Origin: Anaerolineales bacterium
GTDB lineage: Bacteria > Chloroflexota > Anaerolineae > Anaerolineales > UBA11858
Length of the DNA stretch: 64,000 nt
Direction: 5' to 3'
Assembly (NCBI GenBank): GCA_050049875.1
Contig: JASFVL010000001.1
Coordinates: 987 to 64,986, forward strand
In this document: positions 19,752 to 28,516 of the stretch, in pieces
Layout of the letters: each line of letters opens with the position of its first letter
How positions within the stretch are numbered: position 1 is the stretch's first letter
Made by a program: the position numbers and the translations under genes
The notes under the pieces: model-generated
Told to the model about the DNA's origin: nothing
Seen by the model: the letters and a program-made list of their open reading frames with translations, nothing else
Database searches by the model: none

Positions 19752-21920
19752 GTGACTAGAATAAATAAATACCTCAAGGCATTCCTTCAACTTAATACTA
19801 AACAGGTTTTGCTTTATCTCCTTTACCAAGCTGGTTTACGGATTGGTTATTATCGTTTGTTAACCAAAGGTAATCAAAACAAGAAAGGCGTATCTGATCA
19901 ACACTATCAATTTAATCAATTGTTGACTCTACCCAAACACGACTCTTTGGATATTGCCCTTGGCGAAAGTGGTCGTCAAGACTTGATGAATGAAGCAAAT
20001 GAAATTGTTACCGGAAAAGCACGATTATTTGGGTCGGAACCTTCACCCTTGGTTTTAAGTGTTCCAAATGAATTGTATCACTGGACTGAATATGAAAAAG
20101 GCACTGTAGAACTTCCTCTTTCCCATCTTTCGATTCCGGATATTAAATTCATCTGGGAACCTGCTCGTTTTGGATGGGCGTTTATTCTTGGGCGTGCCAT
20201 ATATTTAAGTGGAGATGAGCGTTATTCAGAGGCATTCTGGAAATATTTTGACTCATTTTCCGATTCTAACCCTTCTAACATGGGACCCAATTGGATCTCG
20301 AGCCAGGAGGTTGCCTTGCGTTTGATCGCCTTTGTTTTTATTGGACAAATATTAATAGCTTCAAATGGTGTCTCAGAGCAAAGATTATCACGATTGACTG
20401 AAGCGATCGCTGAACACGCTGTGCGCATTGCTCCAACATTGTTATACGCGCGTGCCCAGAATAATAATCATCTGTTGGTAGAGGCGGCCGGATTAATATC
20501 TGCAGCTTTGGTTTTACCCAACCATCCAGAGGCGAGTCGCTGGGAGAAGTTGGGCTGGAAGTGGTTTGTAACCTGTTTGGAAAATCAGATAGCAAATGAT
20601 GGTAGCTATGTCCAAAATAGCACGAATTACCATAGGTTGATGTTGCAAGTGGTCTTATGGGTGCTGGCGATCAATACTTCAGCTACGGGATATTCTAAGA
20701 CAATTAAAAAGCGTTCAATCTTTCATAACGACTTTTGGGACACCAGATTGATTATATATGGTGATAGTTTCTCAAGAACTCTAGAACAAAAAATCCGCCT
20801 CGCTACGGAGTGGCTACTAAAACTTGTTGATGATTCAACGGGAAAAGTGCCGAATCTGGGCCCAAACGATGGAGCGAATGTTCTGCCATTAACTGTTTGT
20901 CCATTTCATGACTATCGCCCAGTTATTCAGGCAGCTGCTTACAGGTTCCTTGGAAAACGTATATTTGAGAAGGGACCATGGGATGAAATGGTTTTGTGGT
21001 TGGAAGGTTGTGACAAAGGCATAACACAGCCAGGAGCAGACGAAATCCTGGTCGTTGATAAAAAATTAGAGGTAAATAATTATCTCGGTATTCATCCTGT
21101 TCCTGCTATGGGCAAAGAATCAATCTCTCGTCCTATCCGGCTTTCATCAGGTGAATCGTGGGCTTATTTTCGAGCTGCTCAATTTGATTCAAGACCGGGT
21201 CATGCAGATCAATTACATTTGGATCTTTGGTGGCGAGGCATAAATATTGCTATTGATCCAGGAACATATTTATATAATGGGCCAACACCATGGAACAATT
21301 CACTTGTCCATACCAAAATGCACAATACCGTAACAATTAACCATCAAGACCAAATGACCCATGCTGGACGTTTTCTATGGCTGGATTGGGCACAAGCTGA
21401 AATTGTGTCAGCCAAGTATTCAGATGATGGAAATTTGGTGAGTATTACGGGAGCTCATGATGGTTATCATGTTTTAGGAGTGAGACACCAGCGGACAGTA
21501 ATATATGACCGAGATATGAATTGGGTGATAAAGGATGAGCTTCTTCCACATGCCAGGTCAAAACCATGGCAAAAGGATCCTTATCAGATACGACTACATT
21601 GGCTACTGCCCAATTGGCATTGGCAAGTAGAAGACAAAAATGCAAAAGGGTGTTGTTTACAGCTAGAGTCGCCTTTCGGCAGGATCGGAATCCTAATCTC
21701 AATCGATGGCGATCAAATGCCTCCCATTAGCACAAATCTGCAAATCTGTCGAGCTGGAATATTAGAATATGGCACCGCTGAGGACGATATGCGAACGTTA
21801 GGTTGGATATCCCCCACTTATGGCATTAAAATTCCTGCCCTCTCAATTGCTTTTCATGCAAAAACTAGGGTCCCTTTTACCATAGTAAGTGAATTTATTT
21901 TTCCGAAGAAAAAGAATTGA
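19752..21920 (+). CDS. Heparinase II/III-like (alginate-lyase-fold) protein
   Basis: ARAQNNNHLLVEAAGL and the C-terminal GHADQLHLDLWW...IDPGTYLY pattern of the Hepar_II_III family. GTG start. Confidence 0.75.
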   Translation: MTRINKYLKAFLQLNTKQVLLYLLYQAGLRIGYYRLLTKGNQNKKGVSDQHYQFNQLLTLPKHDSLDIALGESGRQDLMNEANEIVTGKARLFGSEPSPLVLSVPNELYHWTEYEKGTVELPLSHLSIPDIKFIWEPARFGWAFILGRAIYLSGDERYSEAFWKYFDSFSDSNPSNMGPNWISSQEVALRLIAFVFIGQILIASNGVSEQRLSRLTEAIAEHAVRIAPTLLYARAQNNNHLLVEAAGLISAALVLPNHPEASRWEKLGWKWFVTCLENQIANDGSYVQNSTNYHRLMLQVVLWVLAINTSATGYSKTIKKRSIFHNDFWDTRLIIYGDSFSRTLEQKIRLATEWLLKLVDDSTGKVPNLGPNDGANVLPLTVCPFHDYRPVIQAAAYRFLGKRIFEKGPWDEMVLWLEGCDKGITQPGADEILVVDKKLEVNNYLGIHPVPAMGKESISRPIRLSSGESWAYFRAAQFDSRPGHADQLHLDLWWRGINIAIDPGTYLYNGPTPWNNSLVHTKMHNTVTINHQDQMTHAGRFLWLDWAQAEIVSAKYSDDGNLVSITGAHDGYHVLGVRHQRTVIYDRDMNWVIKDELLPHARSKPWQKDPYQIRLHWLLPNWHWQVEDKNAKGCCLQLESPFGRIGILISIDGDQMPPISTNLQICRAGILEYGTAEDDMRTLGWISPTYGIKIPALSIAFHAKTRVPFTIVSEFIFPKKKN

Positions 21921-21942
21921 AGATTGATTAAGAATATATTTT

Positions 21943-23193
21943 ATGCATATCGTGCTCATTCACCAAGCATTTGCTGCATTAGACGAGCCGGGTGGCACGC
22001 GGCATCATGAATTTGCTCATTATTTAAGTGCCCATGGACATACTTTAACAATCATCGCGAGTCCGGTAAGTTATCTAACCGGGGATGCTTCACGAACATC
22101 CTCAACTTTTACTACAAATTCAAATCTTGGCAACCAAAAGGGAACCGATCATCTTGATAATATTAATATTATCCGTTCCTATACTTATTCAGCATTACAT
22201 CGGAGTTTCCTTCATCGGTTAATTAGCTTTTTTAGTTTTATGTTGTCATCTTTTTACCATGGGTTGAAGGTGCGCAATGTAGATTTGGTATGGGGTACCT
22301 CGCCTCCTATATTCCAGGGTATAACTGCCTGGGCATTGGCACGCTTAAAGAAAGTACCCTTTTTATTTGAAGTCCGAGATCTTTGGCCTGCCTTCGCTGT
22401 AGCGGTAGGTGTTCTCAATAATATTTTTTTAATCCGAGCGTCAGAATGGCTTGAAAGGTTTCTTTATCGTCGAGCAGATAGGATTATTGTCAATTCTCCG
22501 GGTTTTATCAACCATGTAAAAGAACGAGCAGCAGGGGAGGTGATATTGATTCCGAATGGGGCCGATCCGCGAATGTTTAATCCCACATCTAGAGGGGTAC
22601 AATTTCGGCGCTCTCACGGATTAGAGGACAAATTTGTAGTACTTTATGCCGGCGCTCATGGTATGTCTAATGATTTAACAGTCCTCTTGGATGCAGCTAA
22701 TCATTTGAAACAATACTCTGCGATTGTTGTGGTGTTATTAGGGGCTGGAAAGGATAAAAAAGCGTTACAGAAAAAAGCCAACCTTATGAATTTGGATAAT
22801 GTTCGTTTTCTACCCCCCATCTCCAAGACGATGATACCAGAAGCCCTTGCCTCCTCTGATGTTTGTGTAGCAATTCTAAAACCAATCGAGCTATACAAAA
22901 CAGTATATCCGAATAAAGTATTTGATTATATGGCCGCGGGGAGGCCTGTTATTCTGGCTATTGATGGAGTTATCCGAGAGGTGGTTGAGTCTGCAAAAGC
23001 GGGCTACTATGTGCCACCGGGAGAGCCAGCAACTTTAGCCGAAGCAATTCACAAGGTTTATAGTGATCCTGAATTGAGGATAGAAATGGGAAATAAAGGC
23101 CGAGAATTAGTTGAATCTCGCTTTGATCGGGCTGATCTGGCCGAAAAATTGAGTAGGACTATAGAGGAATTGTTCGAGGCAAAGGCTGAATGA
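21943..23193 (+). CDS. Glycosyltransferase family 4 (WcaI/WbuB-like)
   Basis: N-terminus HIVLIHQAF...EPGGTRHHEFAHYLSAHGH. GT-B C-terminal region including YPNKVFDYMAAGRPVI. Confidence 0.85.
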   Translation: MHIVLIHQAFAALDEPGGTRHHEFAHYLSAHGHTLTIIASPVSYLTGDASRTSSTFTTNSNLGNQKGTDHLDNINIIRSYTYSALHRSFLHRLISFFSFMLSSFYHGLKVRNVDLVWGTSPPIFQGITAWALARLKKVPFLFEVRDLWPAFAVAVGVLNNIFLIRASEWLERFLYRRADRIIVNSPGFINHVKERAAGEVILIPNGADPRMFNPTSRGVQFRRSHGLEDKFVVLYAGAHGMSNDLTVLLDAANHLKQYSAIVVVLLGAGKDKKALQKKANLMNLDNVRFLPPISKTMIPEALASSDVCVAILKPIELYKTVYPNKVFDYMAAGRPVILAIDGVIREVVESAKAGYYVPPGEPATLAEAIHKVYSDPELRIEMGNKGRELVESRFDRADLAEKLSRTIEELFEAKAE

Positions 23194-23284
23194 GACTAAT
23201 GGGGTATCGCATGGCTGGATCTTTTGCGTTATAATCGCAGATAACATATTCATAGGGCTTTCTTTTTGTGAAAAGGTTATTAAC

Positions 23285-23821
23285 ATGGCAGAATTAACCA
23301 AATGGCAGATCGCTGATCTCATCAATCGCCCTGGTAAGCTCTGGTTGGCAGGATTTGACTTGAGTGGATTAAACATGGCAAGCGCTGATTTAACTGGTGC
23401 TGAACTGGAAGGAGCAAATTTAACAGGGGCGACTCTGACCCGTGCCGATCTAACAGGAGCGAATTTAGAGGGGGCAATTTTGGTCAATGCAAATATGGGT
23501 GGTGCCAACTTAACTCGTGCCAATCTGTATAGCACGAATCTGACTCGGGCAAATTTGCTAGGTGCGAAACTTGAAGGTGCTAATCTTCACCGTGCTAACC
23601 TATCTGATGCCAATCTTAAGCGCGCAAACCTCTATGGCGCGAATTTGCGACAAGCCGAACTTAGTGGGGCAAATGTGTCTGAGACATTTATCATGGGAAC
23701 AACTTTGCCCGATGGTACAGTTGGTGTTTCCAAGGGATCAATCAGAAATGTCCGCGAACGACCATCCCAAGAGGATGCGGAAGATAAACGCGAAGATATC
23801 CGCAAGTTGATGTCTTCCTAA
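23285..23821 (+). CDS. Pentapeptide-repeat protein
   Basis: About 25 consecutive A(D/N)LxG/A pentads (ADLTGAELEGANLTGATLTRADL...). Confidence 0.9.
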   Translation: MAELTKWQIADLINRPGKLWLAGFDLSGLNMASADLTGAELEGANLTGATLTRADLTGANLEGAILVNANMGGANLTRANLYSTNLTRANLLGAKLEGANLHRANLSDANLKRANLYGANLRQAELSGANVSETFIMGTTLPDGTVGVSKGSIRNVRERPSQEDAEDKREDIRKLMSS

Positions 23822-23855
23822 AAATTCCTAAGTATCGAGATAGGAATCAGCCTTA

Positions 23856-24758
23856 GTGCCCAGAAAAAAATCTCTCGAAGATTTATCTGTCGAAGAACTG
23901 CGCCGTCTGATTGTGGAGAAACGGCGTGCAGACCGTCAAGAGCGATTAGAGCGTTTCCGTAAGACTGGTCGCGCGATATCGTTAACTTCTGAATTTGATA
24001 GTCCTAGAATTGATGATCTGCGAACTGAGTCACCTGATGAGCCAGAAGGTGTTTCGTCAAAATCGGGTGTTCGCCGAATTCTCGACGGGTTTTTATTTCT
24101 TGTTGAAATATTAGCAGTTGTCGGGTTGGTATTAGTTATATTTAATGGATTAGAAGTTATTCGTGAATTAAATCAAGAGGTCGCTGATGCCCTTGAACAG
24201 CCAACCTTGACGCCTACACCGCTTATTGTTGCGGTGGTTTTGCCTTCAGGACACACACCACCCAATTCGCCTGGAGGCGCACAACCAAATGAGGCGGAAA
24301 TTCCAGAACATCTCCGACCTTTAGTTCAGTCTCTTGCTCAAATCCCTATTCCTACTCAGGGTCCTAATCAAGCTTCTCGTGTACAAATTCCAGCAATAGA
24401 TGTCGATGCCCCGGTAGTCCAAGGTGATGGTTGGGAACAATTAAAGAAAGGAGTAGGACAACATATAGGCACATCAAACCCAGGTCAAGATGGAAATGTA
24501 GTCCTATCAGCACACAATGATATATTTGGTGAGATCTTTCGGGATTTGGATTTACTTAATCCAGGCGACTTAATTGCTTTACATAGTTCTCAACAAGTTT
24601 ATAATTACGTTGTGGTTGAATCTATGGTTGTTGAACCCACCAGAGTTGACGTTATGGATCAAACTGATGATCCTGAGATTACGTTGATTTCATGTTATCC
24701 ATATTTGGTGGACAATAAACGAATTGTGGTACGCGGAGTGCTACAAAGCGGCAATTAG
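23856..24758 (+). CDS. Membrane-anchored sortase (class E/D-like) with a cytoplasmic charged N-terminal extension
   Basis: One TM segment, a Pro-rich linker, then the catalytic triad context VLSAHND (His), ITLISCYPY (TLxxC Cys) and RIVVRG (Arg). GTG start. Confidence 0.8.
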   Translation: MPRKKSLEDLSVEELRRLIVEKRRADRQERLERFRKTGRAISLTSEFDSPRIDDLRTESPDEPEGVSSKSGVRRILDGFLFLVEILAVVGLVLVIFNGLEVIRELNQEVADALEQPTLTPTPLIVAVVLPSGHTPPNSPGGAQPNEAEIPEHLRPLVQSLAQIPIPTQGPNQASRVQIPAIDVDAPVVQGDGWEQLKKGVGQHIGTSNPGQDGNVVLSAHNDIFGEIFRDLDLLNPGDLIALHSSQQVYNYVVVESMVVEPTRVDVMDQTDDPEITLISCYPYLVDNKRIVVRGVLQSGN

Positions 24759-24831
24759 TGATTATTCTGTAATGAATTATCACGTACAGACTTTACTATT
24801 GAATATCTAAAATTTGTTTGGGAGTTAAGAA

Positions 24832-25020
24832 ATGAGTAGAAGACGCAGGAGTTCGACCAGAAAAGGTGGCCGAAGGAGGGCCATTAAAAGTTCTCAACGT
24901 TATGATCCATCTAACTTTGACCCTGATTACACCTATGTCTTACGTGATTTAAGACAAATTGGTCTATTAGCAGGAAGTTTTTTGGTTATTTTAGTGATTA
25001 TGTCCTTCATTCTAAACTAG
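24832..25020 (+). CDS. Small tail-anchored membrane protein with an Arg/Lys-rich N-terminus
   Basis: GGGAG RBS lies 7 nt upstream. 62 aa with a single C-terminal TM segment. Its stop abuts the next gene's ATG (TAGTATG). Confidence 0.5.
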   Translation: MSRRRRSSTRKGGRRRAIKSSQRYDPSNFDPDYTYVLRDLRQIGLLAGSFLVILVIMSFILN

Positions 25021-25021
25021 T

Positions 25022-26281
25022 ATGGTTGAAGACCGTCAAACCGACGTTCCATCACCCAAATGGGAGTCAACTACCAAATTGGTAGTTGGTTTGACGTTTG
25101 TAGCTATTGTAGGGGCACTTCTTGTTCGTTTTCGCACCATTATTGGTCCTCTAATTCTAGCGTTTATCCTGACTTATCTACTCCATCCTCTCGCTGCTCG
25201 TTTCAGGAAGGCGACTAATTTGTCTTGGCGAATGTCGGTCAATCTGATCTATTTGGTGTTGGTGGTAATTTTAGGGGTTTTGTTTACAATAGCTGGTTTG
25301 GCGGTAGCTCAACAGTTGGAGAGTTTGGTAGGGGTAGTTGAGAGATTCGTGACCAGTTTGCCCGACCAAGTTGAGAATTTTTCAAACCAGATATTCAGCT
25401 TGGGCCCATTTACTATTGATTTATCACGATATTTTGACCCCACAAACATAGAGTCAGTTATTCAAGAACTCCTCTCTGCTGTACAACCTTTACTTGGGAG
25501 AGCAGGTGGATTAGTAAGCACTCTAGCAACTGGCACAGCAGCCACATTAGGCTGGGGACTATTCGTTATTGTTGTTTCGTATTTCTTGCTTGCTGATGCG
25601 GGGCAAGTACCAGATAGGTTAGTTTCGATTGAACTCCCGGGATATTCTGCTGATATTCGACGACTGGGGCGCAAATTAGGCTCCATCTGGAACGCTTTTT
25701 TGCGTGGGCAATTAGTCATTTTCGTTTTATTAGTTGTGCTCTATACTTTAATGATGACGATTTTAGGTGTGCGATATGCAATTGGCATCGCCATCCTCGC
25801 AGGTTTTTCTCGATTCGTGCCCTATATCGGTCCACTGACAGTAGTAATAGTTATTGCACTGGTTTCATTTTTCCAGAAATCAAATTATTTTGGTTTAGAA
25901 CCATGGCAATATATGTTATTGGTCGTCGGAGTTTCTTTTGTTGTTGACCAAATCTTTGATAATTTAGTAACCCCCCGATTTCTTGGTCAAGCCTTAGGTG
26001 TACATCCAGCGGGTGTACTTGTATCAGCTATCGTAGCAGCAAATTTACTCGGTTTAGTTGGTTTGGTTTTGGCTGCTCCCGCCTTGGCGACCTTGAATTT
26101 GCTTGGCCAATACACCATCCGCAAGATGTTCGATCTCGATCCTTGGCCTGATCTAGAAGAAGATCAGCAAGCTGTTGAATTCCCTTGGACGAGATGGCGT
26201 AAATTGGTCTTCAGATTTTGGAGATGGTTCTACAATCAATCCCGCGATCTTTGGCGAAATTTGCGAGAACGTTTTTCTTAA
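25022..26281 (+). CDS. AI-2E family transporter (PerM/UPF0118)
   Basis: About 8 TM segments. Conserved FVPYIGP and LAAPALA segments. Confidence 0.85.
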   Translation: MVEDRQTDVPSPKWESTTKLVVGLTFVAIVGALLVRFRTIIGPLILAFILTYLLHPLAARFRKATNLSWRMSVNLIYLVLVVILGVLFTIAGLAVAQQLESLVGVVERFVTSLPDQVENFSNQIFSLGPFTIDLSRYFDPTNIESVIQELLSAVQPLLGRAGGLVSTLATGTAATLGWGLFVIVVSYFLLADAGQVPDRLVSIELPGYSADIRRLGRKLGSIWNAFLRGQLVIFVLLVVLYTLMMTILGVRYAIGIAILAGFSRFVPYIGPLTVVIVIALVSFFQKSNYFGLEPWQYMLLVVGVSFVVDQIFDNLVTPRFLGQALGVHPAGVLVSAIVAANLLGLVGLVLAAPALATLNLLGQYTIRKMFDLDPWPDLEEDQQAVEFPWTRWRKLVFRFWRWFYNQSRDLWRNLRERFS

Positions 26282-26334
26282 TTAATCAGAAGTTACGTAG
26301 TCGGGGAGGTGGGGGGATTATTGAATGCGGATTG

Positions 26335-27681
26335 CTAATACGCAGACAAGACGACCTGACCGTATAATTGCTCCCGTATATCTATTAATTGGCGCCGTAA
26401 TTTGTCGTCTCTTTCAAGAAGATCGGCGATTTTGTCACAGCCGTACATAATCGTTGTATGATCGCGACCGCCTAAGCTTTCCCCAATTTGTGGTAGGGAT
26501 ATATTCGCTTCTTCACGAAGGAGATACATAGCAATTTGTCGAGGCAAGGCAACATCTTTGGTTCGATCTCGGCCTAGGATGCGATCAATGGGAATATTGA
26601 ACGTGTCTGCGACGGTTTGTATTACTTCATCGGGTTTAATTTCTTTCTCTCTTGGGAGTAGATCAGCTAGAGCGGATTCAACGAGTTCAATAGTGATTGG
26701 TAAGCCTCTCAAATCAGCATGTGCAACAATTCGATTCAATGCTCCTTCTAATTCCCGAATGTTAGATTGGAAACGACGAGCGATTATTTCAATGATATCG
26801 TTAGGGATTTTGTAACCTGCTCGATCACTTTTAAAACGCAAGATTGCAACTCGGGTTTCAAAATCTGGTGGTTGGATATCAGCAGTTAATCCCCATTCAA
26901 AACGAGAGCGCAAACGCTCCTCCAAAGTCACCATAGCCTTCGGGGGACGATCAGAAGTCATAACAATTTGTTTGTTTTGACCGTGTAGCGTATTGAACGT
27001 GTGGAAGAACTCCTCTTGAGTGGATTCTTTGCCAGCGATGAATTGAATATCATCGATTAACAAGACATCTATTCTACGATACTTGTCTCTAAAAGCTTGA
27101 GTAGTGTGGGCACGAATAGCGTTGATTAAGTCATTAGTAAATTCTTCTGAAGAGACATATAAAACACTCAAGCCATTGGTCATGGATTGATTTCCTATCG
27201 CGTGTAACAGGTGGGTTTTTCCTAATCCTACACCCCCATAGAGGAAGAGTGGATTATAAGCCATAGCGGGTTTTTCCGCGACAGCTAATGAAGCTGCATG
27301 TGCTAGGCGGTTGCTAGCTCCAACCACGAATGTATCAAAGCTGTAGCGGTTATTTAAAGTGGGGTTTGATTTTTTTTCGATAACAGTTTCGGGCTTTCGC
27401 GGCGCAATATCTTGTGGTGCTGGGGTCTTGGATTCATTATTCCACACAACAAACCTTGCTTCAACAGTCCTATTCATGATACCGGTTAACAATCGTATGA
27501 TCGTACTAGATAATCGACTTTCAAGCCAATCCCTGGCATATGCATTTTTGACACCAAGAATGAATGTTCCGTCTTCGTAGGAGATTAGTTCGGCATCCTG
27601 TACCCAGGTGTCGTAGGCTGCTTTGGGCATTTCCATTTCTAGTTGACCTAAGGCAGCTTGCCATGCTTGATTGGCTTTCAT
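26335..27681 (-). CDS. dnaA: Chromosomal replication initiator DnaA
   Basis: Walker A GGVGLGKTHLLHA, box VII/sensor regions, and a C-terminal DNA-binding domain (HTTIMYGCDKI). Start moved to ATG 27681, which lies 8 nt after GGAGGAG. Confidence 0.97.
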   Translation of the reverse strand: MKANQAWQAALGQLEMEMPKAAYDTWVQDAELISYEDGTFILGVKNAYARDWLESRLSSTIIRLLTGIMNRTVEARFVVWNNESKTPAPQDIAPRKPETVIEKKSNPTLNNRYSFDTFVVGASNRLAHAASLAVAEKPAMAYNPLFLYGGVGLGKTHLLHAIGNQSMTNGLSVLYVSSEEFTNDLINAIRAHTTQAFRDKYRRIDVLLIDDIQFIAGKESTQEEFFHTFNTLHGQNKQIVMTSDRPPKAMVTLEERLRSRFEWGLTADIQPPDFETRVAILRFKSDRAGYKIPNDIIEIIARRFQSNIRELEGALNRIVAHADLRGLPITIELVESALADLLPREKEIKPDEVIQTVADTFNIPIDRILGRDRTKDVALPRQIAMYLLREEANISLPQIGESLGGRDHTTIMYGCDKIADLLERDDKLRRQLIDIREQLYGQVVLSAY

Positions 27682-28094
27682 AGTAATGCTCCTCCTCACA
27701 CCCAAATTACCGCAAAATTAAAATTGTAGCAGGTTCCTCTAAGGGATAGCTACACTCCCACATTGGTTGACCATTGTAAGAAATACACCACACAAGTGGT
27801 GAGATTGTAGATCTCTGTTCGTAAAAAAAGATGGCGTAAGATGTTGTTTGAAGCTACACCTTAAGCCGATCTGATATGTTTGTAATCTGTCGCCGCCCCA
27901 AAAATATATGGTCGCAACAAGAAGCATTCTAACAGATGAGTACCAATCATTGCAATACGATTACCCTACGGAACCCTAAAAAATCTCAATACTTTAAGGG
28001 AGGTTTGTGTTAATAACTAACGCGCGTTTGGTGAACAATATTAGTGTTTGCAAAGTGATCATAGCATCCCCATAAACAGGGATACTCTAAAATC

Positions 28095-28115
28095 ACCCCC
28101 CAATATATGGGGGGT
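28095..28115. promoter_or_regulatory. Palindrome ACCCCCC-AATATAT-GGGGGGT in the middle of the dnaA-dnaK spacer
   Basis: Read directly. Same architecture as 3414-3437. A related half-element CCCCAAAAATATATGG lies at 27896-27912. Confidence 0.3.
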
Positions 28116-28516
28116 TAATGCTCCTAATAGGTTCATTATCCCAGGAGTGGGGGGAGAAATCTTAAAAAATTCTCCTCAAATGATTTCAACATTACCTCAC
28201 TGCATTAAGCATAATTGTGAATCTTGTCTTCGAGAATCATAAATTCTGGAATATTTTTTCAACCTTTTCAATGCTTATCAACATTACTATCTGTGGAAGA
28301 ACATCAGTTTTTCGTTTTTACCAGAAGTCTCTCGTATTGTTTTTCTATCCCTGATGAGTCTGGATTTTAATAACCCTCATATAGGATGTTAACGCTATTC
28401 TTGCGAAGATCGGATATCCTTTTGTAAAGCTAATCCTATAAATTTCTTAAGATTGCAAGAAATAGATTTTTTGAGGTTCTATTCAGCTTGCTTAATTACT
28501 TAATAAGGAGACCATT

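Noticed and set aside
23107-23535. 142-aa minus-strand ORF overlapping the GT4 3' end and the pentapeptide-repeat gene
   Set aside because: Its low-complexity sequence (APVKFAP..., SAPVKSA...) is the mirror image of the 15-nt periodic pentapeptide repeats on the plus strand. It has no RBS and no motif.
23330-23700. Strong nucleotide periodicity that could be mistaken for a repeat array or CRISPR
   Set aside because: The period is 15 nt, in frame with a continuous ORF encoding A(D/N)LxG pentads. There are no spacers and no repeat of 24-40 nt.
27682-28516. Calling this spacer oriC because it adjoins dnaA
   Set aside because: It has only two degenerate DnaA boxes and no clear AT-rich unwinding repeats. 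GC skew cannot be computed here. It is kept as an open question in the findings, not as a feature.
28243-28516. CIRCE (HrcA) operator upstream of dnaK
   Set aside because: I found no TTAGCACTC-N9-GAGTGCTAA-like inverted repeat in the 270 nt upstream of dnaK.
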